DNA of 44,478 bases. Origin: Planctomycetota bacterium. GTDB taxonomy: Bacteria; Planctomycetota; GCA-002687715; DRQF01. Position numbers and translations under genes: made by a program. Below, piece after piece: positions 18,216 through 27,130 of this stretch. Position 1 is the first letter of the stretch, and each line of letters begins with the position of its first letter. The DNA is taken from the NCBI GenBank assembly GCA_036479435.1, contig JAZGFI010000299.1, positions 1 to 44,478 on the forward strand, in the 5' to 3' direction. The notes beneath the pieces were generated by a model, which searched no databases, was not told the DNA's origin, and worked only from the letters and a program-made list of their open reading frames with translations.

Positions 18216-20564
18216 TTAGTTCTTTGCGATCAAGATTTCGTCGAGGCAGATGCGCCCGACGGAAGAGCCGTGGTCGGAACCGAACAGCAAGGTGAGCCCT
18301 TGGATGTCCGTAAGATCCAGGGAACCGTCCATCCCCAGAAAGTCCGGCAGTGGCATTCGAATCGTCTCGAATTCTGCCGCCCATCCGGTACCCGTTCCGC
18401 AACCCGTGCGCTGGTAGGGTTCAGAGATACCACCGCCATAACTTCCGATCGATACGGTGGCGCTGCGGCCCAATCCATCGGTCAGGCGAACCTCGAAGGT
18501 CACTTGTCCGAGTTCTTGGGTGGTCAAGGGGTGTCGAGGCTGCTGCGCGGCTTTTAGCGAGAGGTAGTCCATCGCGCTGATATCACGCGGCGCAGCACTC
18601 AAGTCGTAGTGGATTTCCTGGCTGGTGCTGTTGAAGCTGAAGATACCGCCTCTGGGGTTGTCCGCGGTGAACGGCAATTCGGTTTGAGGGAAGCCGTTGA
18701 AGGGCTCCGTCACGTTGTGTGTGAAAGAGAAGTTGGTGTCGACCAAGCGACCTTCGGTAAGGCCGGTGACGGTTGCCGTCACTGCGTCTCCGGCGCTTGA
18801 TGTGCCGGCAGTGGTGGAGGTCTGGTAATCCTCGATGACCATCACGTCGGCCGAATTGGGATCTTCTCTAAAGGTGTGGTTGACGATGGTAGCGATTGCG
18901 GTGGGCGCGCTCGGCGGGTGAAAATTCTCCCACTCGCGAACTAAAAAGTCCTTGGCGGCGAGGTTGCCGCGGACGTGATACTCCACCATCGGCAAGAGAT
19001 GGCCCAACATGATCGAGTGCGTCTGAAGTCGTGTCAGCTGATTGGGGCCACTGCCAAAAAAGAGCGCGCCCCCAGAGTTGTGAAAGTTATCGTGCCCGGC
19101 ACCTTGGACCACCGTGGCTTGAGTCTGCGCCGTAGCACGCGTCAACAAGGGGTAGGACACGGCTCCGGTGAATCCCATGAAGGGACATCCCAGTACATCG
19201 CTGTCGGCGCTGCCGACCCAAAGGTGGAAGTTGACGCCGAGCGGGTTGGTGACGTTGTCGGCAAAAAAGGTCGTCGGCGCGATCGACGATACCAAGCTGA
19301 TGTCGGAGGCTGAGAAATTGATGGGGTTGGAAAGGCCTACCGAGACCCGGCGATACGCGATGGCGACTCCTTCGCCACCCCGCGAGTGGCCGATCCAGGT
19401 CATGCGGGTTGGGTCGACTTTGCCGTTCAAGATCCCGCCCTGGAAAGAGCCGAGGCTGCCGATGAAGGCGTCGGTGTTGCTGATGGTGGTGAGTGCGGCG
19501 GCGTCGGGCCCAGGTCCGGTGTTGTTGGCGTGGCTCATGACGACGTAGCCGTAAGATGCGAGGTGGAAACCGATGTGGTCGTACCAGCGATAGTCATGCC
19601 CGTTGCCGTGACTGACCACGACGAGAGGCGCGCTGGTGAGTTGGGCGATGTCGGCCGGGTAAAAGACATTTCGCGCGGAAAAACCTCCACCGCTGGTCAC
19701 TTCGATGACGGGGTGAGGCCCGGGGATGGTGGTGTCAGCGAGGACGTAACAGCCCGCTTGATCCGCCGCGCCGTCGATGAAATCACCGTCGCCAAGTTGG
19801 CCGTCGCGGTCGACGTCGATCACGACGTCGTAACCCATGCCGATGGGGACGGCATTAGCTGGCGCGGCGCAACCTGCGTCGAGCAAGTAGACGTTGTTGC
19901 TGAGGCCTGATCCGTCTAATTGGACGGTGTCAATTCCGTCGCAGGATACATCGTTCAATGATGTGTCGATGGCCCAAGTCGCGGCGTCTTTGGCCGGGAC
20001 GAGGTAAAGGTCAACCGTCTTACCCGCTAGAAACGGGAAGCGTTGCGTGTTCGCGCCGAGGTGGATCTCGTTACCGCCAAAGAAACTCTGTACCGGGCTG
20101 AATCCCGGCGCGTTGCCGGTTTGAATACCGGCCAGAGCCGTGCGCGTGAATCCTTGGGGGGCGACGATCGAAAGCTGCACCCCGTTGCTGAAGGCGATTC
20201 CTCCGGGTGCTGCCGCGTCGATCTCGGCTGACAACAAAAAGAAGTCGACGCCGACTAAGCTCGGCGCTTGCGGAACTCCCGAGTTGACGGTGAGGATTCC
20301 CGATGGCGGCAAGAAGTCATTTGCCAGCAAGGTCCAACCGGGCGTGAAACCTAAGTCTACGCTCTGTCCAAAGACGATTGAAGGTCCAGGCGAGACGTCT
20401 AAGGCGAGGAAGTACTCGGCGTTGGCGGTGCCGTCGATGGAGAGTTCAACCTGGGTTCCCGGTTGTTTTTGGACGACGGTTTCGCCGTCCAAGGTTAACT
20501 CGATCTGTTGTGCGAGGGTCAAGGTTGCAAGGAGAAGCCAGGCGCCAATCGTACGTTGCATCAT
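18216..20564 (-). CDS. Secreted multidomain alpha/beta hydrolase (chlorophyllase/cutinase-like fold)
   Basis: Signal peptide; PLVVVSHGNG, HLASYGYVVMS, nucleophile elbow GHSRGGEG, candidate Asp (DSDV) and His (GAGHDNF); DVDRDGQLGDGD Ca-binding-like loop. Confidence 0.85.
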   Translation of the reverse strand: MMQRTIGAWLLLATLTLAQQIELTLDGETVVQKQPGTQVELSIDGTANAEYFLALDVSPGPSIVFGQSVDLGFTPGWTLLANDFLPPSGILTVNSGVPQAPSLVGVDFFLLSAEIDAAAPGGIAFSNGVQLSIVAPQGFTRTALAGIQTGNAPGFSPVQSFFGGNEIHLGANTQRFPFLAGKTVDLYLVPAKDAATWAIDTSLNDVSCDGIDTVQLDGSGLSNNVYLLDAGCAAPANAVPIGMGYDVVIDVDRDGQLGDGDFIDGAADQAGCYVLADTTIPGPHPVIEVTSGGGFSARNVFYPADIAQLTSAPLVVVSHGNGHDYRWYDHIGFHLASYGYVVMSHANNTGPGPDAAALTTISNTDAFIGSLGSFQGGILNGKVDPTRMTWIGHSRGGEGVAIAYRRVSVGLSNPINFSASDISLVSSIAPTTFFADNVTNPLGVNFHLWVGSADSDVLGCPFMGFTGAVSYPLLTRATAQTQATVVQGAGHDNFHNSGGALFFGSGPNQLTRLQTHSIMLGHLLPMVEYHVRGNLAAKDFLVREWENFHPPSAPTAIATIVNHTFREDPNSADVMVIEDYQTSTTAGTSSAGDAVTATVTGLTEGRLVDTNFSFTHNVTEPFNGFPQTELPFTADNPRGGIFSFNSTSQEIHYDLSAAPRDISAMDYLSLKAAQQPRHPLTTQELGQVTFEVRLTDGLGRSATVSIGSYGGGISEPYQRTGCGTGTGWAAEFETIRMPLPDFLGMDGSLDLTDIQGLTLLFGSDHGSSVGRICLDEILIAKN

Positions 20565-20847
20565 GTATGAAAAGCCTCGTGCGCGGGGATGTTGATCGAA
20601 AGTCTTTGGGTTGCGATCTTGGCGTCACCGCCAAGACAATAGCCGGGCAGGAATTCCCACCAACTAACTCAGGTATTCGAAGCCCAGCTGGGCTGGGATC
20701 GGCTAAGACTCTACCATCCTCGGGAACGTGTGACGTTTCTTGCTGGCGCCCGCTATTTTTGTTGATGGCGCTGGTCAACGAGGCGATCTAAGCGGGCTAA
20801 AGTCCGTTCCCTAAGACTGTTGGAGGCTAGCTCAGCCCGCCGCGGCG

Positions 20848-23676
20848 CTATTTCTTGAGTCGGTAGCTGTCGTCGCTTGGCCGTACGGCTCGCGAGAACC
20901 AAAGCGGGCGCCGCAGATTGCCCGGTCGTAGCCCTGCTGGAGTTTCCTTTAGCCACTCCCGATAGATTTCGCGGGAGCGCTTGGTGTCGACTCGCACGTC
21001 GCCGTAGCGATCGTTTGGAGCGGCTTTTTCCACGCGGACTTTCTGGTGCCAGCAGTGCATGCCAGAAATGGGGTCGGGGTGAACCGGGAAGGTCAAGTTT
21101 TGATGAACGCCGCCGTCGGTCCACCAGATTCGCTTCGAGTCTGGGTCGGCGGATTCGAAGGGCTCGATATCGCCGGTACGGCGGATCATCCAGGCGCCTT
21201 CGCCCTGGCCTTCAATTTTTACGGGGGCTGCGGCCCAGCGATCCGTGCCACGACCATCCTCGCGGCGCCAGCGGCCTAAGTGGTGCGAGCAAGCGACGAC
21301 TCCCGGACGAATGCCCTCGGTGACCCAGGCGCGGTTGACGTAGTAGCCAATATCGGTGGAGACCCGCAGCAAATCTCCCATTGCGACGCCAAGTTGCTTG
21401 GCGTCTTGGCTGTTGATCCACACCGGGTTGTTGTTGGAGATCTCGTACAGCCACTTTGCATTGCCAGAGCGCGTGTGAATCAAGGTGGGGATTCTAAAAG
21501 TCGGTACCAGTGCGAACTCGTTTTTCGCGCGGTCTAAGTGTTTGCGGTGGACGTGGCTTTCGATGTAGCCAGGCAGGGTTTGGTCTTCGTAACCCCATTC
21601 TTTCATCGTGTCAGAAAAGAACTCGAGCTTTCGCGACGGCGTGTTGAAGCCGGCCACCGCCTTGCCGTCGATGTCGACGCCGACGGCACGGCCGTTCTTC
21701 ATCCACAAGGCAGTGTCGGTATCAAGGGTCGCACCGGTGGTATCTACGGGGGCGCAGTGGGTTTCGTACTCATCCTTGACGACTTCAATGCTCCCGATCT
21801 GCTGCATGAACTCAAGGGGCGTCAGCTTCAGTTTGGCTGCAGCTTCGGGAAGTCCGGGAACCGAGTTCTCGAAAATCCAACGGTAGTACTCTTCGATCGT
21901 GACGCGTTCGCCGGGGCGATAGGGAGATTCGTAGTACTTGCGGATTCCCATCGAGCCGTCGGGGTCGATGGCCCAGGACAAAGCGATCCAAAACTCATCT
22001 TCTTCCCAAACTTCACCGGGATTCGATTCGTGAGTCCACTCGACCGTTTTTCCGTCGGCTTGGTCGGCGACGCGAAGAACCGGCTGGCGAAAACTGATCC
22101 AGCGTCCGGCGTGAGTTTCTTGACTCATGAGGTCGTGGCGTTCGGGAGCCAGGCCCATCGGCAAAACGTAGTCGGCCCAAATTGCCGTTTCGTTCCAAAC
22201 CGGGGTCAAAGCGGCGTGGCAGCCGATGAGGCTTTCGTCGGCTAAGACCTCCATCCAGGAGAAGCCATCGGGGTTCGTCCACACCGGGTTGTAGACCCGG
22301 GTGAAGTAAGTGTCGATCTTGCCGCGACCGTCTTTAAGAAAATGCGGCAATAAAAAGCTCAATTCGTGGTGGCTCAACGGCCACTCCGGTGGATAAAGCA
22401 GCTCGCTCCAGGCGTCTTGAGGGCCGGGTTTCGAAAAGGGCTTCGGCACGAACTTGTTGTTGCCGGCGAGGGCGGTGCCGCCCTTGGTGGCCACCGAGCC
22501 CGTGAGGACACACAGAAACTGTAGGCAGCGCGCGACTTGCCATCCGCCGAGGTTGCCGGCGGCAGCGTTGCGCCAGACATGCGCACTCAAACCACCGCGA
22601 GCGGCGCCGATGGCGCGGGCGATCTCGATGACTTGATCGACGTCGATGTCGGCTTCTTCAGCCGCCCATTGCGGGGTGAAGGAGGCGTAGTGCTCTTTGA
22701 TCGCCGTCATGTAGCTCGCAAATTCGAGCGGCAGTTCGGGGTGTTGGGCGCGGAGGTAGGACTTCCAGTCGACCCAGCGCTCCATGTAGGCCTCGTCGGC
22801 GAGCCCCTCATTCAAAATCACATGGGCGAAACCTAGCAGCATCGCGGCTTCGGTACCCGGGTGCGGGGCCAACCACCAGTCGCTCATCGATGCGGTGTTG
22901 GAAAGACGCACGTCGATCGTGCAAATCTTTGCTCCCGCCATCTTGGCTTCGATGATGCGCTGAGCGTGCGGATTGAAGTAGTGGCCTGTTTCTAAATGGG
23001 CCGACAACAAGAGAATGAACTTGGCGTTCGCGTGGTCGGGAGAAGGGCGATCGCCGCCGGACCAAAGTGTGTAGCCCAATCGCGCGGCAGCAGAACAGAC
23101 GTTGGTGTGGCTGTTGTGGCCGTCGACTCCCCAGGATTGGAGGACGCGGTCCATGTAGCCGTCGGCTCCGGGCCGTCCGACGTGGTACATGATTTCGGTC
23201 AAGCGCTTTTCTTGAATGGCCTTGCGAATCCGCGCGGCCAAAGTCGTAATGACCTCATCCCAGCTGGTCTGTTCAAACTCGCCAGAGCCACGCGGCCCGA
23301 CGCGCTTCATTGGATGAAGAATGCGCTCTGGATCGTGAACTTGGTTGATGGTCGCGGGGCCCTTGGCGCAATTTCTGCCACGCGAGCCCGGGTGGAAGGG
23401 GTTGCCCTCGACCTTGCGGATTCGTCGCGTTTCTTTGTCGATGTAGGCCACCAAGCCGCAGGCGGCTTCGCAGTTGAAGCATGTCGTGGGCACAATGCGG
23501 TAGTGCTTCTCGACCTTCTTGGGCCAGGCTGAGGCATCGTACTCGACCCAGTCGTCCCACTTTTCGCGGGGCGGAAAATGCTCCAGTCCCTGCACTTGCC
23601 AGGACTCTCCCGAGGGAGCCAGGTCGGAGGTCTTCGCGTTTTTTGATTCCGATTTCATGTCCATGCTCATGCTCAT
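20848..23676 (-). CDS. Molybdopterin (bis-MGD) oxidoreductase catalytic subunit, DMSO reductase superfamily
   Basis: CFNCEAAC...C 4Fe-4S motif, ERILHPMKRVG, HNSHTNVC (candidate Mo-Cys ligand), WADYVLP, FNTPSRKLEF and a C-terminal dinucleotide-binding domain; no twin-arginine motif. Confidence 0.95.
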   Translation of the reverse strand: MSMSMDMKSESKNAKTSDLAPSGESWQVQGLEHFPPREKWDDWVEYDASAWPKKVEKHYRIVPTTCFNCEAACGLVAYIDKETRRIRKVEGNPFHPGSRGRNCAKGPATINQVHDPERILHPMKRVGPRGSGEFEQTSWDEVITTLAARIRKAIQEKRLTEIMYHVGRPGADGYMDRVLQSWGVDGHNSHTNVCSAAARLGYTLWSGGDRPSPDHANAKFILLLSAHLETGHYFNPHAQRIIEAKMAGAKICTIDVRLSNTASMSDWWLAPHPGTEAAMLLGFAHVILNEGLADEAYMERWVDWKSYLRAQHPELPLEFASYMTAIKEHYASFTPQWAAEEADIDVDQVIEIARAIGAARGGLSAHVWRNAAAGNLGGWQVARCLQFLCVLTGSVATKGGTALAGNNKFVPKPFSKPGPQDAWSELLYPPEWPLSHHELSFLLPHFLKDGRGKIDTYFTRVYNPVWTNPDGFSWMEVLADESLIGCHAALTPVWNETAIWADYVLPMGLAPERHDLMSQETHAGRWISFRQPVLRVADQADGKTVEWTHESNPGEVWEEDEFWIALSWAIDPDGSMGIRKYYESPYRPGERVTIEEYYRWIFENSVPGLPEAAAKLKLTPLEFMQQIGSIEVVKDEYETHCAPVDTTGATLDTDTALWMKNGRAVGVDIDGKAVAGFNTPSRKLEFFSDTMKEWGYEDQTLPGYIESHVHRKHLDRAKNEFALVPTFRIPTLIHTRSGNAKWLYEISNNNPVWINSQDAKQLGVAMGDLLRVSTDIGYYVNRAWVTEGIRPGVVACSHHLGRWRREDGRGTDRWAAAPVKIEGQGEGAWMIRRTGDIEPFESADPDSKRIWWTDGGVHQNLTFPVHPDPISGMHCWHQKVRVEKAAPNDRYGDVRVDTKRSREIYREWLKETPAGLRPGNLRRPLWFSRAVRPSDDSYRLKK

Positions 23677-23678
23677 GT

Positions 23679-25178
23679 TCAGGAATTGGGCACTGCTTGT
23701 CCGGCTCTAATCCAGGCGCGTTCGTAGCAGAAAAGTGCGGCACTGGCGATCAGGGCTGCCGCCATGAGCGTCATAAATCTTCCCGCGGTTTCACCCGCCG
23801 TGAAGAACATGGCGGCTTGTGCGACTCCCGCCGCGGCGAAGATGAGGTTGATGCCGTACTGAGCGCGGAAAGAGGCGCGCAGGATCGCGTGAGCCTGTGC
23901 CTTTGATCCCTCAGCGGTCAAGCGGCGACGTTCGAAAACCATGCCGAGGCCGGCCAAGATGGCGAGGCCGACGAAAATCTCGGCGTTGAGGTTTCCAGCC
24001 TTTTGTGGCATCAACATTCCGATGCCCGCCGCGCACAAGGCCGCGCGCAAGATGAGCTGCCAGAAAAGACCAGGCTCGATCCACAGGTCACGGCCTTTGC
24101 ACTGGGCGAATAGCCAGGCGCTATAGCCCGATGCCATGACGGCGACGGGAAGATTGATCCAGCGGACAAGGTCGGCCTGGGAGTCGTGTCCTAGCCAGCG
24201 CAAGAGCAACGATAGCGTGATCAAGCCGCCGAATGCGCTGAGGACCCACGCGCCTTTCACCAGCCAGGACTTGGTGTTGGGCTGGAGCATGATCTTCCAA
24301 AAGCGTTCGGGACGCCCGAGATCATGAACCAGTAAGACGTTCGTTACGACGAGAAAAAACAGGCCAAGGGCTTCGGGGAGGTAGTCGCGGACGCCGCCGG
24401 GGCTGAGTCCGATCATCGCGGCCAAGGGTGCCAAGATCATGGCGCCGGCCGAGATGTTCTTCGTGACGAGGTAGACCCAGACGTGCCAGCCCCAGGCCGG
24501 TTTGGCCTGGACGTTCAAAGTGGTGACGAGGCCGTCCGGAGCCGGGAAGTCGGCGGGGCGGGGCGGCGGAGGCGCCGAGCGTTCGGCCCACAGCCAACTT
24601 TCTGGTTCCAGCGCCTTGCCAGGCTCGAGGGACTCTTCGAGAGCGTCGATGTACCAGACCCGAGGCTTTGTTTCTTTTTCGAGTTTGCGCTGAGAGGTCT
24701 CTTCGTCGCGGATGAGCTGAGCGATTTCGGTGTCGGGGTTATCGGCGTCGCCCGCAATGATGGCTTGTTCGGGGCAAACCACGACGCAGGCGGGAGCCAA
24801 GCCAAGCTCGGTGCGGTGGGCGCAGTAGTGGCACTTTTCGGCGACCCCTTTGTCTTCGTTGAGATAGATGGCGTCGTAGGGGCAGGCCTGCATGCAGCCC
24901 TTGCAGCCGATGCACTGGTCGCGATTGAGATCGACGATGGCATCCGGGCGTTTGCTTAGGGCCGTGACCGGGCAAATCTCGACGCAGGGGGCGGCATCGC
25001 AGTGGTTACAGCGCAATATCGTGAAATGTCGGCGAACCTCGGGAAAAGTACCTTTGTCGGTGTACTTCACCCAAGTTCTGAAGTCCCCAAGAGGCACTTC
25101 ATTTTCCGACTTACAGGCGACGGTGCAGGCGTGGCAGCCAATGCAGCGACGTTGATCAATGACGAATCCGTATCCCAT
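23679..25178 (-). CDS. Fused 4Fe-4S ferredoxin (NrfC/PsrB-like) and NrfD/PsrC-like membrane anchor
   Basis: CIGCHACTVAC, CNHCDAAPCVEICP, CIGCKGCMQACP, KCHYC...PACVVVCP; then WGWHVWVY, DLGRPERF, SWLVKGAW and multiple TM helices. Confidence 0.93.
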   Translation of the reverse strand: MGYGFVIDQRRCIGCHACTVACKSENEVPLGDFRTWVKYTDKGTFPEVRRHFTILRCNHCDAAPCVEICPVTALSKRPDAIVDLNRDQCIGCKGCMQACPYDAIYLNEDKGVAEKCHYCAHRTELGLAPACVVVCPEQAIIAGDADNPDTEIAQLIRDEETSQRKLEKETKPRVWYIDALEESLEPGKALEPESWLWAERSAPPPPRPADFPAPDGLVTTLNVQAKPAWGWHVWVYLVTKNISAGAMILAPLAAMIGLSPGGVRDYLPEALGLFFLVVTNVLLVHDLGRPERFWKIMLQPNTKSWLVKGAWVLSAFGGLITLSLLLRWLGHDSQADLVRWINLPVAVMASGYSAWLFAQCKGRDLWIEPGLFWQLILRAALCAAGIGMLMPQKAGNLNAEIFVGLAILAGLGMVFERRRLTAEGSKAQAHAILRASFRAQYGINLIFAAAGVAQAAMFFTAGETAGRFMTLMAAALIASAALFCYERAWIRAGQAVPNS

Positions 25179-25482
25179 GGTCGCTGACAATGCCGCCGCA
25201 CCGACGCCTCTTCAAGGAAGTTCCAAAATGCCGAGCCTCTCGGCGTGGCCAAGCCTCTCAATTTTGGCCCAGAGGGCCAGGCGATATCGGGCGCCAGGAA
25301 GTCGACCTTTTGGCCATCCTGGGCCGCTGGGCTGAGCACGGAACGCTTAGCTACTCGACGATTCACGATGATTCGGTCGATTTACGATAGTCTCTTGATG
25401 GTCTTAGCCAGGACATAGGGTTGAGATCTATTCTCGACTCTTGAAGGGGTTTAACTGCGAGGTCTCAGCGGAGGTGCGAGCG

Positions 25483-27114
25483 ATGCGGTCGAAGGTCGGG
25501 TGGGGAGCAGCGGTTGGGCTCGGGATTGTGGCTCTTGCCCTTCGCGTTCTCCACATATCGGAAAGTCTGTGGCTCGATGAACTATTTGTCACGGACCTGA
25601 AGTTAGGCTCCTGGGCTGGAATTGCGACGACCCTCTACTCGGACGCCCACCCGCCGCTGTATTTTGTGGTGATGTATTGCTGGAACGCTGTCTTCGGGGA
25701 CGGCCCGGTCTCGGTCCGGGTCCTGCCGTTGATTTCAGGCTTGCTCTCGATCCCTCTTGGCGCGAATGTGGCCAGGAAGTTTGGCGGTTTGCGAGCCGCA
25801 TGGATGACGGCCTGCTTCATGACTTTTTCAGTGGTTCTGATCGAGTATTCGAGAGAGGCCCGTCCTTACGCTTTTAATCTCCTACTGACTCTGGTTTTTT
25901 TCCGGGCCTGGTGTGGCTTGGTGGAGACTCCGGAGCGATCGAGTTGGCGGTGGCTATCCCTATTCAGTGGGACAGCTCTAGTCTTGACGCACTATTATGG
26001 CGCGGTGTTTTTGCTTTTGGCCTTCGTTTGGGCGGGGGGGGCGCCCGGGTCGAAGGTTCGACGCAAACTCCTCGGTGCGGGCTTGGTCGCGTTCTTGGCG
26101 ATTGGGTCTTGGGTTGTCTTGCTTTTTGGCCTCGCCAAGTTCGAGACATCTCGAGCCCATCTCGCCACCTTGGATTTGGCTGGCGTGATGAGTTTCTTTG
26201 GGAATTGGATTTGGTGTGGCGACCTTTTAGATCCAGCCCTAGGGGCTTGGGCTGAGGTGTGGCGCCAGGCGGCTCTTCCCTATGTTCAGGGCTTCGGATT
26301 GGCGCTATTCGCGGTCTCAGGGCTAATCTTTCTGATCCGCGACGAGAACTCCGCAAAGCGCCCGCACTTGTTGGTTTTACCGACCGCTGCATTGGCTATC
26401 CCCGCTCTCGCGTGGCTCGCGGGCGGCTTAGCTGAAGGCAAAAACTGGGTGCCGCGAAGCGCACTGCCAAGCGCTTACTTCTTCTTTGCGAGCATCGCGG
26501 TCGTTCTGGCGCGCCTACCACGCCGGCTCGGCATCGCATTAGCTGTTCTCATTGTGGTCTTTCAGCTCGCACTTTGCGTCTTGCTTGAAGTCGAGGGTTC
26601 GCGATGGCGCAACCGTGACTGGGAAGGCGCAGCCCAGATTCTTGTCGAGCATCAAGCTAGGGAAACGGGGGCCAGCCTCTTGATGGTTGGTGATCCATTG
26701 GCGCGACCTCTAAGCTACTATCAACCGGTCATCAACCAAACGAGCGATCTCGCCTACGAGCGCGAGCAGTTCGAGAAAGTCAAACGAGGACTGACGAAGG
26801 TCTTCGGCGACGAATCAACGCTTCGCTTCAAACTCGAGCGTCTGGTCCAGGAACAGTTCGACATTCGGGTGCGGGAAGCAGAAGCTCTATCCCGCCGCGT
26901 CAAGCTTCGTTTTACTTGGTGGCAGGGCCATTCCGCCAAAGCCTTTCTCGCAGCGCACCCCGAGTACGAGTCCGGCCACTACTACCTCGTCGTTCGGGGC
27001 GAAGAGCGAACTTCGGCGGAACTCCGAATGGCGCAGGAATCGTCTGATTGGACGATCGAATGGCAAAAACAAGTGTCGGGGTTGGCGATATACCGGCTCG
27101 CACGGAAGTTCTGA
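25483..27114 (+). CDS. GT-C fold glycosyltransferase (GT39/PMT_2-like)
   Basis: SLWLDE, HPPLYF, YSREARPYA, THYY, DWEGAA; polytopic membrane protein; RBS ggaggt before ATG at 25483. Confidence 0.88.
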   Translation: MRSKVGWGAAVGLGIVALALRVLHISESLWLDELFVTDLKLGSWAGIATTLYSDAHPPLYFVVMYCWNAVFGDGPVSVRVLPLISGLLSIPLGANVARKFGGLRAAWMTACFMTFSVVLIEYSREARPYAFNLLLTLVFFRAWCGLVETPERSSWRWLSLFSGTALVLTHYYGAVFLLLAFVWAGGAPGSKVRRKLLGAGLVAFLAIGSWVVLLFGLAKFETSRAHLATLDLAGVMSFFGNWIWCGDLLDPALGAWAEVWRQAALPYVQGFGLALFAVSGLIFLIRDENSAKRPHLLVLPTAALAIPALAWLAGGLAEGKNWVPRSALPSAYFFFASIAVVLARLPRRLGIALAVLIVVFQLALCVLLEVEGSRWRNRDWEGAAQILVEHQARETGASLLMVGDPLARPLSYYQPVINQTSDLAYEREQFEKVKRGLTKVFGDESTLRFKLERLVQEQFDIRVREAEALSRRVKLRFTWWQGHSAKAFLAAHPEYESGHYYLVVRGEERTSAELRMAQESSDWTIEWQKQVSGLAIYRLARKF

Positions 27115-27130
27115 GATGAGGAGTCATTAG

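Noticed and set aside
18216..20564. Calling the hydrolase a PETase
   Set aside because: GHSRGG differs from the G-H/W-S-M-G-G elbow of characterised PET hydrolases; the fold alone does not give the substrate.
20617..20694. Small palindromes upstream of the secreted operon (tcttggcg-tcac-cgccaaga; agcccagctgggct)
   Set aside because: They are short, GC-rich and not repeated elsewhere in the window, so could arise by chance.
21538..22245. Long antisense ORFs over conserved genes (this one, 36725..37402 and others)
   Set aside because: They are typical shadow ORFs of GC-rich coding DNA with no recognisable motifs.
20848..23676. Formate dehydrogenase or selenoprotein assignment
   Set aside because: There is no in-frame TGA and no FDH-type C/U-H active-site motif.
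23652..23680. catgct tandem repeat giving MSMSMDM
   Set aside because: Only 2-3 short units; this affects start-codon choice but is not convincing as a phase-variation tract.
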